NCBI RefSeq assembly: GCF_009914755.1
Contig: NC_060928.1
DNA length: 64,000 nucleotides
DNA from: the human T2T-CHM13v2.0 reference genome, Homo sapiens
Reading direction: 5' to 3' (one strand)
Positions 31,147 to 64,000 of this stretch are shown in pieces. Position numbers and translations under genes: made by a program. Each line of letters starts with the position of its first letter. Position 1 is the first letter of the stretch. The notes below the pieces were generated by a model. That model saw only the letters and a list, made by a program, of their open reading frames with translations, did not search any database and was not told the DNA's origin.

Positions 31147-31504
31147 TAGTAGTCCCTCCTTATCTGCAGGGGATGTGTTCCAAGACCCCCACTAGATACC
31201 TGAAACCTTGGATAGTACCAAATTCTATATATACTATGCTTTTTCAATCTGATAACAGGGGCAGCTACTAAGGGGCTAACAGGCAGGGAGCATATACAGC
31301 ATGGATATGCTGGACAAAGGGATGGTTCATGTCCCAGGTAGAGCGGGACAGTGAGAGATTTCATCACATGACTCAGAATGGTATGCAATTTAAAACTTAT
31401 GAGTTGCTTATTTCTGGAAATTTCCACTTAATATTTTTGCACTGCACTGATCGCAGGTAACTGAAACTCTGGAAAGCAAAACCTCAGATAAGGGGGAACT
31501 ACTG
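31147..31504 (-). mobile_element. MER44A-like (TcMar-Tigger) DNA transposon
   Basis: TIRs tagtagtccctccttatctg ... cagataagggggaactactg; internal atgctggacaaagggatg, aatttaaaacttatga. Confidence 0.85.
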
Positions 31505-32582
31505 TCCTTTCTACCCAGATGCTGATATTATTTACTGTAAGCCATTGGATGTGTTTCTCGTGTGAACAGACGATGAGGAAAAAGTTAGTTTTCCATTATC
31601 CATAAATAGGGTATTCACTTTGTAGGTTACTTTTACCAATTTAAAATCTATCTAATTCTTCTCCAGAGGAAAGACAATATAGCTTAGTTAAGTATAATGG
31701 GCTTTGAAGTCAGACAGACCTGGTGTCCATCCCAGTTCCACCAATCATTAGTTGTGAGCCTTGGCCAAATTACATCCTCTTTCTGAGCTGAGGACAACAA
31801 CCCTGTGCCCTTGCCTTACAGGGTTGTTGCAAGGCTTAAGAATCTGCATCATCCATCTACCCCCTAGACTCATATCATCCTTCTCAGTTACCATCTTTTG
31901 GTGGTTAAATGACAAATTTACCATTAACTCAAAAAACATTAAAAAATTATGATGGGCTCAAGAGCTAAGTAGAACTAACCCTAATAATGCAAGTCCAGCT
32001 GAACGGCAGACTTGCTGTAAGCAGCACTCCACATTGGCCACTGTGCTGTCCTAACTACCATGACTTGTTCAGAACTGGAAACATTACTAAAGAGTTTTAA
32101 AAACTTTAAAGTGTTGCTGTGGAAGGTTCAAAGAGAAAGTATACTTTTATTCTCGAAAAATACCAAATGCTTCTTCAGTGTGTTTAGTTATTTTAATGTG
32201 TGGGTTGAGGTTCCATCATCATCTGCAAAATATAGTGTATAGTCTTGACGGAATGGATCAAAAGAGACTGCATGTGAAAATGAATCAGAGGGCACTTCAG
32301 CCTGAATGTTCCCAAGTGGGGCAGGGGTGTATTCAGAGAGGGGAGTGAATGAGGCATTCATCAGCACACTGGGCTGACCTAGGGGGTAGATTCTAGAAGA
32401 GGGATCATAGTTCCACAGTGACAGATCTCCAGCCTGAATTAGACGAGCGCAGTTTTCTGGCTAGAAGAAATAGAATAAGTTAGACTTGTGTAACCAGTGG
32501 TTTGGTTCTCCATCAACATTTGCATTGCTGAACAGTATTTCTGCCTTTGTGGCTGCAGGTTTTATTGTTGTGGTGAGGGTAG

Positions 32583-33275
32583 CTGGATTTCCTGTTGTTC
32601 CTATTGTCCATCTTCTTTAACCTCTACTCAACTACTTACTTCCCAACTCAGCCTTGCACCAGGCACAAAGAATAGTCCTTTACCTTGCAAAAATGTAAGG
32701 AATGCTATCAAAGGAGCTCAGGTGCGGCTGGTGAGTGATGGGACAGGAATTGGTTTGCCTAGAGATTGACGTGACTGGGAGTCAATGGTCATTGGAATCC
32801 AGGTGTTCCCTTTTGAGGCTACTAAGCTGTAGTAAAGACAAGATCAAGAGAGGGATGCTATTGAGAGACTGAGGGAAAGAAAACGGCAGACAGATCAGAG
32901 CGACAGTATTCTGTCAGGATAGTGGGGAAAATTATTAGTGTTGTGTTAGGCCATATACTAACATTCAGACAGGTAAGGCTGCTAGTCAGTAGCAGGAAGG
33001 TTAGGTACCAAGAGACAGGCCTCAGTCGTGAATAAGGCATCAGGCTAGGCCCCAGGTCTAGAGAACAGAAAAGCCGTCCAAGTCCTGGAATTGGTACAAG
33101 GTGGAAATTTGGTTAGAGTGGAGTCTGAGCCACCTGGGCTCCTTTGATAGCGTTCCTTACATTTTTGCAAGGTAAAGATAGGACTATTCTTTGTGCCTGG
33201 TGCAAGGCTGAGTTGGGAAGTAAGTAGTGAGCAGAGGTTAAAGAAGATGGACAATGGGAACAATAGGAATTACAG
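32583..33275. repeat. Long inverted repeat: arms 32583-32724 and 33131-33275, 406-bp spacer
   Basis: Manual alignment of the left arm to the reverse complement of the right arm gives 7 substitutions and 2 indels (1 and 4 nt) over ~142 nt. The ORF track shows the same peptide LLTSQLSLAPGTKNSP on opposite strands. Confidence 0.95.
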
Positions 33276-33949
33276 AATCTTTCTGTTTATTATGGTAATT
33301 TCTCTGGCATGAGCATATTTTCAGTTAAAAAAAGTGTTATTGTTTTGAAGGAATATATTTATGCAAACTGTGTTCAGGTTAAATAACAGTTCCCTGCCTC
33401 ACCTGTCCTTATCTTGAATCTCACTCCCTATCATTTCAACTCTTTAGCTTTTTTTTTTTTTTTGCTGCTTACCTTTATGTCTCTAAATAACATGCTTATA
33501 ATATTATTTCTTGATTTTTTTCAATATTGGACATAATCTGGAAACTTCACACTGGCAAAGATTAGAGTTCTGTTATATTCTCTACCTACCCTCTCCTCTT
33601 CCTCACCACCAGACACTCATCCTTCCCCAAAGAGTTAATCTTTTAAATAAAATTTGACAATTATTAACTATGGAAAGTATTTTTGTTTGGTTATTATGAT
33701 TGCATGTACCATGATTGCTTTTCTTTCTCATAAATCATTTAGTTTTTCCTGAAGTTACTGACTTTAATTTTTTTTTCCACAGTAACCTCTGTATCTCTGG
33801 TAGAATTATAAAACTCATAATGCTCTAAAACTCTTTAAGTAGTGTTTTCTTTTTCACCTTGGAGACATCCCTCCACCTTTGCTTTGTAGGCATGCTACAT
33901 AGCTGTCTGGAAAGGTTCTTCACCTCCTTCCTGTCTGTGTAAGATTCCT

Positions 33950-34820
33950 GGTTCCTAAATCCTGAGTTCTTTGTTTTGGAGGCATATCTTCCAGTAGCTT
34001 TCTGAGAAAAGCAGTATGGGAGGTAAAATATTTTGAGAGCTTTACATGCTCCAGAACTGCCCTTTTGCTCCCCTTGCCTCACATTTCATTCACAGCTGGT
34101 GTATGGAATTCTTGATTGGATGTTACTTTCCTTCAGAATTGTGAGGGCATCCCTCCATTGTCTTACAGTTTTCGGTGTTGCTTCTGAGAAGTATGATGCC
34201 ATTCTGATCCCTGTTCTATTGTATATAAACATGTTCTTTTCTAGAAACTTTTAGACTCTTTCTTGTTATTCTGAAATTTCAAGATGAAGGGTTCTACAGT
34301 AGGTATTTTGTTGGTCATTATTCTGGGCACTTAATAGATCCTTTCAGTGTGAAATTTTCTTGTGATTTTTTTTTGAAATATTTATATCTTGTGTCTTCTC
34401 CATTCTCTTTCTGGATGTTGGACCTCTTGGAACAATCCTATAATTTCTTATCTTTTTTCCCCTTCTGATTTTCTCTTTGCTTTTTTCTTCTATTTCCTAG
34501 AAAATCTCTTCATTTCTAACTTTCAATCCTGCTTTTGAAGGTTTTTTTTTTTTAAATTTATGCTACCACATTTTTGGTTTCCAAGATATTTCTGTTGGTT
34601 TGTTTTTTGAATAATACTTTCCTATAGCACTCTCTTTCTAGTTCATGAGTGGAAATATCTTCTTTGATTTCTCAAAAGACTTTTAAGAAACTTTGCTCCC
34701 TGCATGATCTGTTTTTTCAGAGTTCATTTCCTTCTGTTTATGTTGCTCTTTGCCTTTCATGTTTAAGTTTTCCTCACACATAGGGTGATCCTTGTCTGGC
34801 CTTTTACATTGAAGGGTGAG
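33950..34820 (-). mobile_element. Old L1/HAL1 ORF1-like antisense fragment
   Basis: ttccttcagaattgtgagggcat..ctccattgtctt..gttgcttctgagaagtatgatgccattctgat; heavily diverged. Confidence 0.6.
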
Positions 34821-35479
34821 GTGCTAACGTGAGTGGAGCTGTGTGTGTCCGCTCACATGGCGTGTGTGATTCTTGTTGACTGATGGGAAGCTAGACATTT
34901 CATTGAGGGATGCACAAATGTCACTATCTGTGGGTCTTGTCTTTTGGGCCAGTTTTCCCAGAGAGAGATCCTTCTGTTTCCTGGCTGGATACAGACAAGA
35001 CTGTGATCCAGAACTGAGGGGAGAAAGTTGTTTAGCATTCTGGGTGTGTTTGTATGTGGGGGGAGAGGGTCTCATTGTTCCAGGCAGAGTTTCACTCACT
35101 CCCGCTACTTTTAGAAATATGTTTCATTTCCACTCAACATTTAGGCCTCTTGGATGGAACATCTCCAAATAGTACAGGCTTCTCCCTGGAGAGAGAAGCA
35201 CCAGGCACATGGCTGTATAGGTTCAGGGAACATCTGGGATGTGTGTGCTACTATAGTTATAGTATATACTATAGTATATCTGGGATGTGTGTTACCCCGG
35301 GTCTCCGAATGTAAATTGATAGAGTTTAGAAATATGTGAAATTTATAATCTCTATAAATATTCAGATTAAGTGGTTCTTGTTAAAAAATAAAACTGCCCA
35401 GGAAGATAATCCTGTGTAATGGTAGCAGTATTCCTGTTTCTGGGTTGTACATTTTCCTCCTCCAATTTGTCTCTTTCAG

Positions 35480-63772
<28,293 letters not shown>

Positions 63773-64000
63773 GTGAGTTCCTTCAGGATATTCCTCTAAA
63801 TACCTTCGCAATTTTTCTTTGAACAGTGTTGATTAAGCAGCAGTGATCTTATTAAAATTGTGGGGTGCAGCCATTCTTTCATTCATTTTGCAAGAATTTA
63901 ATCACCTCCTTTTGTCAAATCACCAAACAGAACACCTCAATGTAACATTGGATAAAAATGCCAGTGGATTATTTGAAAGATTAGAGTGCTTTCTTTGTCT

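Noticed and set aside
32583-33275. Reading the inverted repeat as a pre-miRNA or a Tigger/Charlie/Ricksha transposon
   Set aside because: The 406-nt loop is far too large for a Drosha hairpin; the ends do not match TIRs I know and no TA or 8-9 bp TSD is evident. Kept as unexplained instead.

Overview
Human-like (primate) genomic DNA lying entirely inside the HERC3 gene (small HERC-family E3 ubiquitin ligase: RCC1-like domain plus HECT), transcribed on the + strand. Positions 1-35479 are the 3' part of one very long, repeat-dense intron. It holds a four-level transposon nest (old L1M > near full-length L1PA7/8 > AluS > AluY), a degenerate U6 snRNA retrocopy, and an unexplained non-Alu inverted repeat with ~142-bp arms at 32583-33275. 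Positions 35480-63772 carry 16 GT-AG coding exons (1970 nt, one continuous frame) covering most of the RCC1-like propeller, the spacer region and the start of the HECT region. The start codon and the HECT catalytic part lie outside the window. The best candidates for undescribed biology are RNA-processing features. These are a hairpin overlapping a cryptic poison exon, an intronic poly(A) site giving an RLD-only isoform, a 24-nt microexon with a NAGNAG acceptor, and two AG|GT recursive-splice-like sites. Repeat subfamily calls come from recalled consensus motifs, not a database search.
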